From IMG/VR virus record IMGVR_UViG_3300028197_000002: 64,000 nt of DNA. One strand, given 5' to 3'. Under the pieces are notes generated by a model. It saw only the letters and a list, made by a program, of their open reading frames with translations. It was not told where the DNA came from and ran no database searches. Below are positions 18,623 through 28,903 of this stretch, one piece after another. Positions within the stretch are counted from its first letter, which is position 1; every line of letters begins with the position of its first letter. The translations under genes and the position numbers were made by a program. Origin of the DNA: a virus (lineage: Duplodnaviria > Caudoviricetes).

Positions 18623-20862
18623 TTAAATAAGTCTTTAATATTAATAGATGGATCTCTCTTTCTAGTCTTAGGATCAGTTCTCATAACTCTACTTTTTCTT
18701 CTTACGTTTTTCGCAAGCCATTTAAGAGCAGAAGTAAAAATTCCGTCTTTTTTGCCTTTTTGAGAAGTATCAACACCACTTTTCTTTGCCTGTTTTTCTT
18801 CAGCATCTTGAGCGACTTTGCCAACCTCTCTGTCAATAGAATCTACATTTGAGGATTGCATCTGTTTTAATTTAGATTTCAATTCATCTTGTCTTTTTTC
18901 AAGTTCTTTATCTAAAGCTTCTCCTGAATGACTAGATCTTCCTAGATTAAGTTCTATATCTTCTATCTCTTGCTCTAAAGAATCAACTTGAGATTCATTT
19001 TGATAAACTTGAGCAAGTAATTGTGGTATAGTTGCTATTTCTTGCTGTGGGTTGACTTTTCGAATAATTCTATTCCATTTCTCAGGAGTTTCTAATCTCA
19101 AGAATATTTGCAATATCATTTTTGCATAATTATCTCCTTGAGTATTTGCATTTGATTTGACTTTATTTGCCAATCTTTGCATTTTCTCTTTATCACCAGA
19201 CTTATATGCTTTTGCATAAGAAGGAATTATATCTCTAGATGCTTTGTCTCTAAAATAAATTAAAGCATTAGGCAATATTTTCGAATCAGCGTTTTCAGAC
19301 AATCCATATACTAAAGCTTTTTGATAAGGATTGTTAGATTTCATCATTTCGCTTTGAAGACGATTTGTTATTCCGTCTTTCACATCTTCACTGACATTTA
19401 ATTCTTTAAACACATGATTGTGAAATTCTTGAAGATCTTGATCTGATCCATCGAATATGTCTAATAATCTTGTGTGTATTTTTTCTTTTTGTTGCCAGTT
19501 TGGATTCATAGTTCCATAACCAGTAAATTTGGTATGTGGGTTCGAAGTTCCACCTTTTTGATAAGCAACATTAAATTTGTCGACATTAAGTCTTCGAGCT
19601 TTATTTCTTATCTTGTCAGTATGACCTTTTACTTTTCTTGAATAAGCTTCTATTTTTTTCTTTATAACACCAGAGATGTATTTTTCTTGTTGTTCTTCAG
19701 AAAGATCTTTTATAATAGGAATTAATTTTTTATATTCATCTTCAAATTTATCTTTTTTACGACTGATGTACTGAGCTGTTTTAATTAAACGATTAAGCTT
19801 ATCTCTTTCCAGTATCTTTTTTCTTCTTTCGCTAGTTCCTTTTTTATTTTCTTCAAGCCATTTGACAACTTCTTCTAGTTCCTTCTCTTTTTTAGAAAGC
19901 TCACTCTTATTTAAAAAAGTTTCGTCTGACAAATCAATCAAATCTATGTAATCTTTAAAATTTTCTTCTTCTAAATCTTTATCAAGTTGTTTTTCTATTC
20001 CACTCCAAATATCATGTGCTTTTTTAGTGGATGTCGCAATCATAAAAGCAGGTTTTAATATTGGAACATTTTCTTCAAAAGTAACAGTTTGGGTAATGCC
20101 ATTTTTACCTTTCTTTTGAACTGTAAACGTCTTAGGTTCAATAGGAATATCTTTTTTGCTGTAGAGAGTTTCTCTTCCTTGAGTAGAACCAACCCACTTC
20201 TCTTTTTTAATTTTACCAGAAGTATTAAATTTTCCTCTTTGATGCTCTCCTATCTCATTGTCATGCCAACCTTCTTCTGTCGCATTTATTAAGGTTCTAA
20301 GTCTTTTTCGAATTGAATTTAAATCAGGGACAATGTACCCAGCAGCTTTTCCAAAATTTTGAGCTTTACCTTTTCCTGTTTCGTTTCCACTCCATTTGAA
20401 ATCTTCAAAACTAAATCCATATTTGCCTTTTTTACCTTCTCTAGATATTTCAGAATACTTATCTGATTTATTGAAAGCTAAAGACGCATAAGCTTCATCA
20501 TCTACATCTGCATTGAGCTTGTCATATAATTTATTAATCCCAGTATCTACATTTGGAACTTTATAGCCATTTTTAAAATTTACTGTTTGGCGGTCCGATA
20601 TCTTTCCATTTTTTTCTCTGGCTTCATGAGCCTTATATAATAACCATCCATATCTTTGATATAAAGCTTGCGACCAAAACTTAGTTGGAAACTGATTCAA
20701 ATAATCAATATCATCTTGATCTAAAAAGATAGGTGTTTTTCTTGTTTCGTGAACAACTTCTTCTGTGCCGTCATCTTTTGTATATTTGATAGGCTTTGTA
20801 GCCATCTCCGAAACTGTTGCTTCATGAATGTCTTTTGCTTTTAAATAATCATTAAATTTCAT
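18619..20862 (-). CDS. Large Lys-rich hypothetical protein (possible internal head/ejection protein)
   Basis: 747-aa ORF; N-terminus MKFNDYLKAKDIHE. Confidence 0.5.
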   Translation of the reverse strand: MKFNDYLKAKDIHEATVSEMATKPIKYTKDDGTEEVVHETRKTPIFLDQDDIDYLNQFPTKFWSQALYQRYGWLLYKAHEAREKNGKISDRQTVNFKNGYKVPNVDTGINKLYDKLNADVDDEAYASLAFNKSDKYSEISREGKKGKYGFSFEDFKWSGNETGKGKAQNFGKAAGYIVPDLNSIRKRLRTLINATEEGWHDNEIGEHQRGKFNTSGKIKKEKWVGSTQGRETLYSKKDIPIEPKTFTVQKKGKNGITQTVTFEENVPILKPAFMIATSTKKAHDIWSGIEKQLDKDLEEENFKDYIDLIDLSDETFLNKSELSKKEKELEEVVKWLEENKKGTSERRKKILERDKLNRLIKTAQYISRKKDKFEDEYKKLIPIIKDLSEEQQEKYISGVIKKKIEAYSRKVKGHTDKIRNKARRLNVDKFNVAYQKGGTSNPHTKFTGYGTMNPNWQQKEKIHTRLLDIFDGSDQDLQEFHNHVFKELNVSEDVKDGITNRLQSEMMKSNNPYQKALVYGLSENADSKILPNALIYFRDKASRDIIPSYAKAYKSGDKEKMQRLANKVKSNANTQGDNYAKMILQIFLRLETPEKWNRIIRKVNPQQEIATIPQLLAQVYQNESQVDSLEQEIEDIELNLGRSSHSGEALDKELEKRQDELKSKLKQMQSSNVDSIDREVGKVAQDAEEKQAKKSGVDTSQKGKKDGIFTSALKWLAKNVRRKSRVMRTDPKTRKRDPSINIKDLFN

Positions 20863-21293
20863 TTTTTTCCTTGGTTCATCATCGAATCCGACAAATTAGA
20901 TAGTTCTCCTATATTTATTTCTTGATCTTTCAAAATTTCTCTTTGTTCTTTTAATTTTTCCAGTTGTTTTTCGGCTTTTTCAGGAGCTTTTTTATTTAAT
21001 TCTTTATAACTGTCTATTTCTTTAGCGTCTTTAGGGTCATTTGGGTTTAATATTTCTTCTTCAGAAAGTCCCACAATGTGTTGCAAAAAGAAAAAGCTTC
21101 TAAGTTTTTTGTTGTTGTTCCACTGTTCTAATGTGACTCCATGACTATTAATTTCTAAAATCTTACCCACAAAATAATGAAATACTGGTTGTGGAAATGT
21201 ATTTGGGTTTTCTGACTTGAAGTCTCTGTTAGTAGGAATTGTGAATATGGTGCATACTCGTCCTTGAAAATATTCTAAATCTTTTATTTTCAC
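20859..21293 (-). CDS. Hypothetical protein, possible Sm/SH3-like beta-barrel
   Basis: GRVCTIFT...FVGKILEINSHGVTLE...FFFLQHIVGL strand pattern. Confidence 0.35.
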   Translation of the reverse strand: MKIKDLEYFQGRVCTIFTIPTNRDFKSENPNTFPQPVFHYFVGKILEINSHGVTLEQWNNNKKLRSFFFLQHIVGLSEEEILNPNDPKDAKEIDSYKELNKKAPEKAEKQLEKLKEQREILKDQEINIGELSNLSDSMMNQGKK

Positions 21294-22306
21294 AGTCTTC
21301 TTCCTCTTAATTGTGTGCTAAGAAAAAAATCGTATTGTTTTTCGTGTTGATGTATATAGTACCTAACAACTTTTAAGCCATCGTGTTGATACATGGCATT
21401 CCAGTCTTTATGTTCCTTAGATGCTCTCACATAAAAAATATTTTTAAATCCTTTTTGTAATAAAAAATCTCCCATTTTTGGCAAGGCGTCAGCACCAGCA
21501 CTGTCCGCATCTAGGCATAAAACAGGAACGTAGGATTTTATAATCTCTATTTGAGCATCCGAAAGTTCTTTTCCTCCAAAAGCAGCAGAGTAAAGACCAC
21601 ATTGACTAAGAGAAATTGCATCAAATTCTCCTTCTGTCAAATAAATTTTTTCTCCATCTTTTGGCCACTCAGGAACGTAAAGGACATCTCCTTTTCCAAT
21701 TCCAAGTTCTTTAGGAGGACCTAAGTATCTTAATTTACTATCACCTATACTTCTTCCATTGTAGTAAATTAATTCTTTATTTTTATTATAATAAGGAATT
21801 AAAATTCTATTTTTATATCTCCCTGATGTACAGACAAATAATTTGTCTGTACTGATCTTTCTTCCTTTCAGATAATCTTCGGCATTTTTTTTATAAAAAT
21901 TATTTGAAGGAAGATCATCAAATTTATACGTTCCTTCAGGAAGTTTTAAAGAAGTATTTTCTATTTCAATAAATGTTTTTTCAATTTTTATTTCAAATAT
22001 ATTCTTAACTTTATTTTCAAGATCTGCAATAGTGTGATTTGAAGTTTCAAGTATTTCTAAAGCATCATCAAAAGAGCATTTGTCAACTTGCATTACAAGA
22101 TTGACTAAAGAGCCTTTGCTGTCTGTTTTCCAGCAATGAAAAACTCCATAGGGAGCTTTGTTTTTACCTCCACTTGGATTACACCACATGTGATGTTTGT
22201 AATCATCGCAAAATATTGAATTTAATTTAACCTCTTCTCCTTTCACAACAACGTCATGAAAGCGAGATTCAGCCCAATCTAAAAATAAATCAAAATCTAT
22301 AGACAT
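21290..22306 (-). CDS. DNA primase (Zn-binding plus TOPRIM)
   Basis: FHCWKTDSKG Zn region, NRILIPYY, YYNGRS, LTEGEFDAISL, LCLDADSAG, HKDWN. Confidence 0.92.
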   Translation of the reverse strand: MSIDFDLFLDWAESRFHDVVVKGEEVKLNSIFCDDYKHHMWCNPSGGKNKAPYGVFHCWKTDSKGSLVNLVMQVDKCSFDDALEILETSNHTIADLENKVKNIFEIKIEKTFIEIENTSLKLPEGTYKFDDLPSNNFYKKNAEDYLKGRKISTDKLFVCTSGRYKNRILIPYYNKNKELIYYNGRSIGDSKLRYLGPPKELGIGKGDVLYVPEWPKDGEKIYLTEGEFDAISLSQCGLYSAAFGGKELSDAQIEIIKSYVPVLCLDADSAGADALPKMGDFLLQKGFKNIFYVRASKEHKDWNAMYQHDGLKVVRYYIHQHEKQYDFFLSTQLRGRRL

Positions 22307-22362
22307 GCGTTTATTATATTAAAAATTATGAAAAAGTCTACTGTAAAACTATTTTAAAAGGT

Positions 22363-23145
22363 ATGAATATAACACACATGAGCGTTTCAAGAAAGAACCT
22401 TTGGGATGAATGCAAAAAAAAATATTATTATAAATATCATGTAAAGCTAAAACCTGAAGAGCCTGAGCCTTTTTACTTCACTTACGGAAAAATAATTCAT
22501 AAAATAGCAGAAGAATATATTGAAAAAAAAGGAGAATTTGATTTAGGCCAAATAACAGAATCTATAGTCAAAGGAGAGATTCCGATTGAAAGGAATGGCG
22601 ATAATCCTGTTTATGCTCCTAAAATTCCATCTTTTTACAAAGCAAGAATTCCTGGAAATTTAAAATCTATACAAAACCTCACTAAATCAATTGGATTTGA
22701 TGGAGAATTAGAATGGGAATTTAAATATGATTTAGATCCTCCAAACAAAAAACTTATGGTTGGATTCATTGACCGATTAATTATTAAAAAAGACCATGCT
22801 TTCATAATAGATTACAAGACAACAAAAAGAGGAAGTAGTTTTAGAAAAAATAAAAATACTATAAAAGATGATTTGCAACTAAGAGCTTATTCTAAAATAG
22901 TTCAAGAAGAATTCAATATTCCAGCAAAAAACATCATGTCTGCTTTGTATTTTCTTGAAGGGGGTGAACTAGTAGATGCAAAATTTTCTCAAGAATCTCT
23001 AGACGAAGCAAAAAATATACTTCTTAAAGGATATGATGAAATTTACAATTGTGACACTAAAGATGCTTGGGGAAATGTGGGGAGCCATTGTAGATTTTGT
23101 GACTACAAGAAAGTTTGTCCTTTTTATAAGAATAAGAAAGGTTAA
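22363..23145 (+). CDS. PD-(D/E)XK nuclease, RecB/Cas4-like with Fe-S cysteines
   Basis: DECKKKYYY, GKIIHKIAE, GFIDRL, IIDYKT, QLRAY, HCRFCDYKKVCP. Confidence 0.88.
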   Translation: MNITHMSVSRKNLWDECKKKYYYKYHVKLKPEEPEPFYFTYGKIIHKIAEEYIEKKGEFDLGQITESIVKGEIPIERNGDNPVYAPKIPSFYKARIPGNLKSIQNLTKSIGFDGELEWEFKYDLDPPNKKLMVGFIDRLIIKKDHAFIIDYKTTKRGSSFRKNKNTIKDDLQLRAYSKIVQEEFNIPAKNIMSALYFLEGGELVDAKFSQESLDEAKNILLKGYDEIYNCDTKDAWGNVGSHCRFCDYKKVCPFYKNKKG

Positions 23146-24116
23146 AACCTTGTTCCAGCTGGCGCTGGAACAAGATCCCAATTGACTTTTTTCAATTCTT
23201 CAGTTAGAGGAATTGGTATGTAATCCCATTTGAATTTATTGCTAGGATTTTTCCAATCATAAATCGGAATATCTCTTCCTATAAATTCATTTGTTTTAAC
23301 TAACCACTCATGATCATTGTCTTTGAAAATTTTATGTATAGATTTCAAAGGAGTGAAATATCCAGTTCCATTACCAGAAGTGGTATCAGAAGTTCCCCAA
23401 CATATTCCAACATACCAGCTAGTATCTGTAATTAGGCCTCCACCAGATCTTCCCGGTCTTGGACTATTACGCCTAGTGACAAGGTCTAAGCCTCTCATTT
23501 CTATATACTCTACTTCATATCTTGCAACTTCTCTTCCTCCGTCACAACCCATAGAATTTAATCTTTCTTTTTCTTTTATTTTAAAGTCTACGGGAGCTAT
23601 AGGATAATACTTAGGCTTCCAGTCAGGCTTGAATCTCAAGCAACTAACGTCATAGCCACGATCATTACTCCAAAATAAAATTTCTGCCTCGTAAGAAGCA
23701 GGTTTGTCTAACTTGGTTTTATTTTTATACCAAGTTGTAACTTTAGCTTTCATCTTAGAGTTTAGATTGTATTTGTGATTTCCGGACCACAAATGACCAC
23801 ATGATATTACATAAGCCCAATTTTCTTCAGCATCATAATAGCATATAGTTCCAGAGCCACTTGCTCCATTAACAATAATCTTTAAAGAACAAGACAATAA
23901 ATCTACAAATTTAGAATCTCTTTGAGCTTTTGGCTCAAAAGAATGTCTAGATAAAGAGATTTCGGGCGATTGATCTCTAACAATTGGCATTTCTACCACA
24001 TTGTTATTTGGTGCCCATTTAAAACTAATTAAATCACTTTTAGCATGATTTAAAATTGAAGCTACTAATATAAGTAGCGAGGCGCTTAAGAACGCCAATA
24101 TCGAATTCCATTTCAT
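23142..24116 (-). CDS. Trypsin-like serine protease with N-terminal signal/TM
   Basis: SGSGT, ISCGHL (His), YDVSCL (Asp), GRSGGGL (Ser). Confidence 0.8.
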   Translation of the reverse strand: MKWNSILAFLSASLLILVASILNHAKSDLISFKWAPNNNVVEMPIVRDQSPEISLSRHSFEPKAQRDSKFVDLLSCSLKIIVNGASGSGTICYYDAEENWAYVISCGHLWSGNHKYNLNSKMKAKVTTWYKNKTKLDKPASYEAEILFWSNDRGYDVSCLRFKPDWKPKYYPIAPVDFKIKEKERLNSMGCDGGREVARYEVEYIEMRGLDLVTRRNSPRPGRSGGGLITDTSWYVGICWGTSDTTSGNGTGYFTPLKSIHKIFKDNDHEWLVKTNEFIGRDIPIYDWKNPSNKFKWDYIPIPLTEELKKVNWDLVPAPAGTRF

Positions 24117-24145
24117 AATAAGCCTCCTGCTTGTTACTTATATAT

Positions 24146-24661
24146 ATGGTAAATAAATTAGCATTATTCATAAATCATAATATTTTTTTAACAAAAGAAG
24201 AGTTAGAAAAAACATTAAACAAAAAAATTGTAAAAGTAATAGGAGCTAGCGTTCCTGTTTGGATGAACGTAAAAACAACAGAAACAACAGAGCCAGCCAA
24301 AGAGTTTTTTTGTGAATATGAAATTTATTATGACTCTGAAGAAGATGAGATTATTAAATCTGAATATGGTTACAATATATTCTTAAAAAAAGTTGATTGG
24401 AAAAAACCCAAAACAATTTCTTTAGAAGATTCATTGAAAATGACGCATCAAGAAAGAATGCTATATGAAAGAGAAATACAAATATTGTGGAAAAGCAATC
24501 CCGAGCCTCCAAATTTAAACAGATTAAGAAGCAAAGGAATATTTAAGAAATCTATAACTGAATTAAATATAACGCTGGATGAAATAGACAATAGCGTGAT
24601 TGACATTCAACATGTGTTAAATATAAAAAATATAAAAGATTTAAATGAAACTTTATGTTGA
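24146..24661 (+). CDS. Hypothetical protein
   Basis: ORF with ATG at 24146, divergent from the protease. Confidence 0.5.
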   Translation: MVNKLALFINHNIFLTKEELEKTLNKKIVKVIGASVPVWMNVKTTETTEPAKEFFCEYEIYYDSEEDEIIKSEYGYNIFLKKVDWKKPKTISLEDSLKMTHQERMLYEREIQILWKSNPEPPNLNRLRSKGIFKKSITELNITLDEIDNSVIDIQHVLNIKNIKDLNETLC

Positions 24662-24671
24662 ACTAAGGAGT

Positions 24672-25208
24672 TTATGTGAAATTTTCTAATCCTAAAGAAA
24701 TCTTCATACTAACACTCTCACCAGCATTAACAGTAACTGCCGAGCTTAAAGATATAGAAGAAATTACAGTATTAATAATAGGTTTAGACCCACTTGAGTC
24801 AAGGCCTGACGTTGTGCTAAGAGTAGATGATAAGAACACATTCTTAACAGGACCCCACAATCCACCAGTAGCTCGAAATAGAACTATAGGGCTATCTGCT
24901 TTGTAATTTGCATCAGGCGATCCGACAATCAAATTAAATTGATCATTACCTACGCTTTGTCTAGCGTATCCATTTGATGAAGGTTCGACAGGAGATATGG
25001 TTTCCAAAGTATCTTCTAATTGCAAGGTTGTTCTGTTATCTAAACCTATATAATAGTCATTAGGTATTCCATATCCATCAAATAATACTCTTAATATGTA
25101 TTCTTGGCCTTTTGAGTGAATTATATTTTTAATATCTTTTTCTTCATAAAGAATATTGCCATTAATGTCTAAATGTCTAAAGTAATCAATTTTTATTAAG
25201 TGTTTCAT
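24672..25208 (-). CDS. Probable tail/baseplate structural protein
   Basis: YYIGL...EPSSNGYARQSV...ATGGLWGPVKNVFL pattern typical of virion beta-proteins; GGAGG RBS. Confidence 0.5.
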   Translation of the reverse strand: MKHLIKIDYFRHLDINGNILYEEKDIKNIIHSKGQEYILRVLFDGYGIPNDYYIGLDNRTTLQLEDTLETISPVEPSSNGYARQSVGNDQFNLIVGSPDANYKADSPIVLFRATGGLWGPVKNVFLSSTLSTTSGLDSSGSKPIINTVISSISLSSAVTVNAGESVSMKISLGLENFT

Positions 25209-25253
25209 GTTTCCTCCAACAAAAGTATTTATTATTTGCTAAATACTTTTGTT

Positions 25254-25508
25254 ATGATTATTATAAATTTTAGAAAGTGGTTAGAAGCTAGTGGTGGATC
25301 TGGTGGTGTCGGAAGTGGAATTCACCCTCCAAAACAAAAGCCCTTGTTGTATAAGGGAGCTTTATCCGATTATCATAGTAAGAGTGGAACAGATCCTTCT
25401 AATCAGAATGGAAAACTTCCTCCTGTCAGCAAAGAATCTAAAAAAAGAAGATACTGGGGCAAGAATCCTACAACTTACATGGGCAAAGAAATAAAAGAAT
25501 TAAAATAA
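25254..25508 (+). CDS. Small basic protein with CTS-like N-terminus
   Basis: ATG at 25254 gives MIIINFRKWLEA; the longer listed start overlaps the divergent gene. Confidence 0.45.
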   Translation: MIIINFRKWLEASGGSGGVGSGIHPPKQKPLLYKGALSDYHSKSGTDPSNQNGKLPPVSKESKKRRYWGKNPTTYMGKEIKELK

Positions 25509-25511
25509 TTA

Positions 25512-25652
25512 ATGAGTATAAAAGTAAAAATAATTATAGCTTTGTTTTTCTTTATGCTTCTTTTAACCATGAACAAAGATTTTCAAAATAAGCATCCATA
25601 TTGGTTCAACATAGATTGTTGTAAGAATATTTTTGAAAAATGGGAAAAATAA
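25512..25652 (+). CDS. 46-aa membrane-anchored protein
   Basis: MSIKVKIIIALFFFMLLLTMNK...WEK; not in the ORF track. Confidence 0.4.
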   Translation: MSIKVKIIIALFFFMLLLTMNKDFQNKHPYWFNIDCCKNIFEKWEK

Positions 25653-25697
25653 ATTTCAATTTAAAGGGGTATTGAAAAAGCCACACTAAATTAATCT

Positions 25698-26435
25698 ATG
25701 GATGTTTCTGTACTGGTTCAAACTTGCGATAAATATGAAAAATATTGGCAAGGGTTTTTTTATTACATGGATATTTTTTGGGACAAAAAAATAAATTGTC
25801 CAATATATTTTTGCAATCAAAATAAAAAAATTGTCACTGAAAGTGATCTGAACATCATCAACATAAACGCAGGGGAAGGAACTTTTGTAGAAAATCTTAA
25901 ATTTGCTTTAGAAAAAATAAAGACTAAATATGTCTTTTATATGTTGGAAGACTTTTGGCCAATTAGAAACTTCGAGGCAGATCTTTTCAAATCACTTTGC
26001 GAAATAATAGAAAAAGAAAAAATTAAATCTCTTCAAGTTAGCCCCATAACAAAATACTATTCTTTAGAAAAAACCTCAATCAGTTTAGATAATTTAAACT
26101 TAATGAAATTTAAAAAAACAAGTGAATGGATTTTTAATTTTCAATCTAGATTTTGGGACAAAGAGTTACTTTTGAATTCTTTACGCGAACCAGACGTGTC
26201 AGAATCTTTAGTAAGTTCAGCAATAACAGTTGAAGATAAAATAAATAAAATATTTGATAGAGATGTTGATTGTTATCTCTATCAGCATTTTTGGTATCCT
26301 CTTAGTGGGGTTTGCTACAGAGGAGAATTTACAGGATTAGGCAAAGAGCTGAACAATAACATGTTGGTTGATTTATATGGAAAACACATAAGTCACCAAT
26401 CTTCTCCATCAAGTTCGCACAAGTCTGTGTCATAA
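25698..26435 (+). CDS. GT-A-fold glycosyltransferase-like protein
   Basis: VSVLVQTCDKY, YVFYMLEDFW (ED in the DxD position). Confidence 0.6.
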   Translation: MDVSVLVQTCDKYEKYWQGFFYYMDIFWDKKINCPIYFCNQNKKIVTESDLNIININAGEGTFVENLKFALEKIKTKYVFYMLEDFWPIRNFEADLFKSLCEIIEKEKIKSLQVSPITKYYSLEKTSISLDNLNLMKFKKTSEWIFNFQSRFWDKELLLNSLREPDVSESLVSSAITVEDKINKIFDRDVDCYLYQHFWYPLSGVCYRGEFTGLGKELNNNMLVDLYGKHISHQSSPSSSHKSVS

Positions 26436-26824
26436 TCATTCTCATCGTCGTCGTCGTCATTGTTATCATCCCATTCTCCATCATACCCATCGTCGTCATC
26501 TTCATCTTCTGCCCAATCCTCATCATCTGACCAGTCCTCATCGTCGTCGTCTTCGTCTTCATCCCAGTCGTCGTCTTCATCATCTATGTTCATTGTGTCG
26601 TCGTCGTCATCTTCACCGACCTCTTGCCAATCGGCATAGCCATCGTCATCATCGTCGTCGTCTTCATCGTCGTCGTCGTCTTCATCTTCATCGTCTTCAT
26701 ATTCATAATCATCAAAATTTGAAATGCATTTTGCAGATCCGTTTTCTAGATCTTCATACCAGCCTGACTCATCGTCATAAATATCACCTTCATGAAAAAC
26801 TTTATCTATGCAAGACATTTCCAA
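26393..26824 (-). CDS. Extremely Asp/Glu-rich protein
   Basis: Long D/E runs punctuated by W/Y; GGAG upstream of the start. Confidence 0.7.
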   Translation of the reverse strand: MEMSCIDKVFHEGDIYDDESGWYEDLENGSAKCISNFDDYEYEDDEDEDDDDDEDDDDDDDGYADWQEVGEDDDDDTMNIDDEDDDWDEDEDDDDEDWSDDEDWAEDEDDDDGYDGEWDDNNDDDDDENDYDTDLCELDGEDW

Positions 26825-26978
26825 CTACGCTCCTGTAATAATAATTATGATTATATTTGCTTTTTATCTATTCATTTGATTCATTTTTTTATTAGGAAAA
26901 AGTAATTTTACTTCATTGCAATTTCCTAATTTTTCTAATACTATAAAATATAGTAGATTTAGTCAATTTAAAGCTAAA

Positions 26979-28424
26979 TTAAGAAATAAAATTTCTGTTC
27001 AATTTGTTGTTTTCAATTTTCCACATTTTATTTAAATCTATATTTTCTAAAGACATAATAGTGTCTAAAGTAATTTCTTTTTCACTAAAGTCTATTTCAT
27101 CAACCAAATTGCCTTTTTTGTCAAATTCATAATAAGTATCATTTGGAACTTCAATTTCCACATTATTTAAAGCAGAAAAATTATTATTATTAGACATTGA
27201 AGAGATTTGGTTTATTTTTATTGATTTGCTATCTTTTAAACAAACGATAGTTCTATTTTTATTTTTTATGACGCTGTCTTCTTTTTTCAAGTTTGCCACT
27301 ACATCCTTCCAAGAAATATTAGAAAGCATTTTTAATTCTGGTTTTGATTGGCCTATAATCTTCCAATCTTTAAACGTATCAATTAAAACATTTTGATATT
27401 TAACATATTTTCTATGACTAGAATAATTGATCATAGATCTTGCTATTGAATTAAAATAATTAATATTTTTAGCACTACTTGGAATCGACTTAATTAATAT
27501 TGAGAAGGAAATGTCTCTTGCATTTTTTAAAGCTTCAAAAGGGCGATTGTGTTTTAGCTCAATTTTGTAAATTTTAATTAAAATCTGATACCAAGCAGCA
27601 GAAAAAACTCTTCCAAAACTATGACATTCCGAGAGTAGTTGGTTATCTCTTCCCTTTGCGGGTAATTTTTTTGGATCTTTATATTTGAATAGTTCTATCG
27701 CTGGATCTCTTAAAGATTTAGCAAGACTTCCTGTTTGACTTCCACCTAATTTTTTGTGAACTAAAATTCCTAATTCTTCTGCTAATCTTGAAGCTAAATT
27801 TGAATTAGAAATATCATTTTCTGTGCTTTTTAAAACACTTCCAATAACAGAATCATATTGAAGTATGCTAAATATTGAACAGATATCGCTAAATGCTTCA
27901 TGAAAAGAAGATATTTCTAAAGATGGAGTGTGCCAAAAATCAGGTCTTATGGCATCTAATATAGCATGTCCTAATTCATGAGTAACTATGTCAGCAGAAT
28001 CAGATGTAAATAATGTCATGCCCCCATGAGGATAATAACAGAACTGCAAGCTTTTTCTATTGTAGAAAGCATTTAACTGCTTTGAAGCTTGAGGCCATAT
28101 TTCAAGTTCATTAGTTCCAGCCCATTTTTTTATTGGGTTGGAAGATTGTTTTTGAATCGCATTAATAGAATTTGTAATTGTTATATGACAATTTAAAGCT
28201 CTTTTTTGTTTTTTGTTTTTTGGAGCAGTGTTTGATCCATGGACCTTATATTTCAAAGAAGAGGTCACAGGAATATTTGTTATTTGATCTACTACAGATG
28301 GAGTAGAAGGGTCGTTAATTAAATAATCAACATTTACAAGATTGTTTACTTTATTATTATTAGAAACTTTATTGTTTTTTTTAAAAAAACTAAAACTACA
28401 CATAATTGCACCTCCATGTGACAT
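26979..28424 (-). CDS. Zinc metallopeptidase (gluzincin, M4/M36-like)
   Basis: LNAFYNR, DIVTHELGHAILD (HExxH), FHEAFSD (third ligand), ECHSFGRVFSAAW. Confidence 0.85.
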   Translation of the reverse strand: MSHGGAIMCSFSFFKKNNKVSNNNKVNNLVNVDYLINDPSTPSVVDQITNIPVTSSLKYKVHGSNTAPKNKKQKRALNCHITITNSINAIQKQSSNPIKKWAGTNELEIWPQASKQLNAFYNRKSLQFCYYPHGGMTLFTSDSADIVTHELGHAILDAIRPDFWHTPSLEISSFHEAFSDICSIFSILQYDSVIGSVLKSTENDISNSNLASRLAEELGILVHKKLGGSQTGSLAKSLRDPAIELFKYKDPKKLPAKGRDNQLLSECHSFGRVFSAAWYQILIKIYKIELKHNRPFEALKNARDISFSILIKSIPSSAKNINYFNSIARSMINYSSHRKYVKYQNVLIDTFKDWKIIGQSKPELKMLSNISWKDVVANLKKEDSVIKNKNRTIVCLKDSKSIKINQISSMSNNNNFSALNNVEIEVPNDTYYEFDKKGNLVDEIDFSEKEITLDTIMSLENIDLNKMWKIENNKLNRNFIS

Positions 28425-28453
28425 AATCGTAATCTATAGTCTTATATACTGTT

Positions 28454-28903
28454 ATGAATAAAAATTTCATTTCTAACAAAGAACTAGTAGAATACAAAAA
28501 ATTTGCTTTAAAAGAAGACATGTTGAAAATGTCTACTGCTTTTATATTAGGAGGTGCATTTAATAGTGTTGTAAAAGGAATATCAGATATTTTGATAATG
28601 CCTTTTATAAATTTTATTATATTGCAAACAGGAGAATCTTGGAGAACATTTAAAATAGAGCCAGTTACAGGATTGGTAATAGAGTTAGGTAAATTTTTAG
28701 GCGTGTCGGTTGATTTCATATTAATATCAATAATACTCTACGTATTTTATATGAAAATACTAAAAAACATAAAACTAAAAGAAGAATTTGAAATTAAATG
28801 TGTAGAAACAAAGACTTGCAGATTATGCAAAAGTTCAATCCATTACGAAGCAACTAAATGTCCAGAATGCACTGGTGATATTGGAGAAATTATAGATGAA
28901 TAG
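28454..28903 (+). CDS. mscL: Large-conductance mechanosensitive channel with C-terminal zinc ribbon
   Basis: EYKKFALKEDMLKMSTAFILGGAFNSVVKGISDILIMPFI (TM1), GKFLGVSVDFILISIILY (TM2), CRLC..CPEC. Confidence 0.85.
   Translation: MNKNFISNKELVEYKKFALKEDMLKMSTAFILGGAFNSVVKGISDILIMPFINFIILQTGESWRTFKIEPVTGLVIELGKFLGVSVDFILISIILYVFYMKILKNIKLKEEFEIKCVETKTCRLCKSSIHYEATKCPECTGDIGEIIDE

Noticed and set aside
22363-23145. Cas4-like nuclease as a CRISPR component
   Set aside because: Stand-alone PD-(D/E)XK nuclease beside primase, common in phages; no array or other cas genes.
26329-26838. Alternative ORFs over the acidic gene (poly-Thr/Met, poly-Arg/His)
   Set aside because: Frame shadows of the triplet microsatellite.
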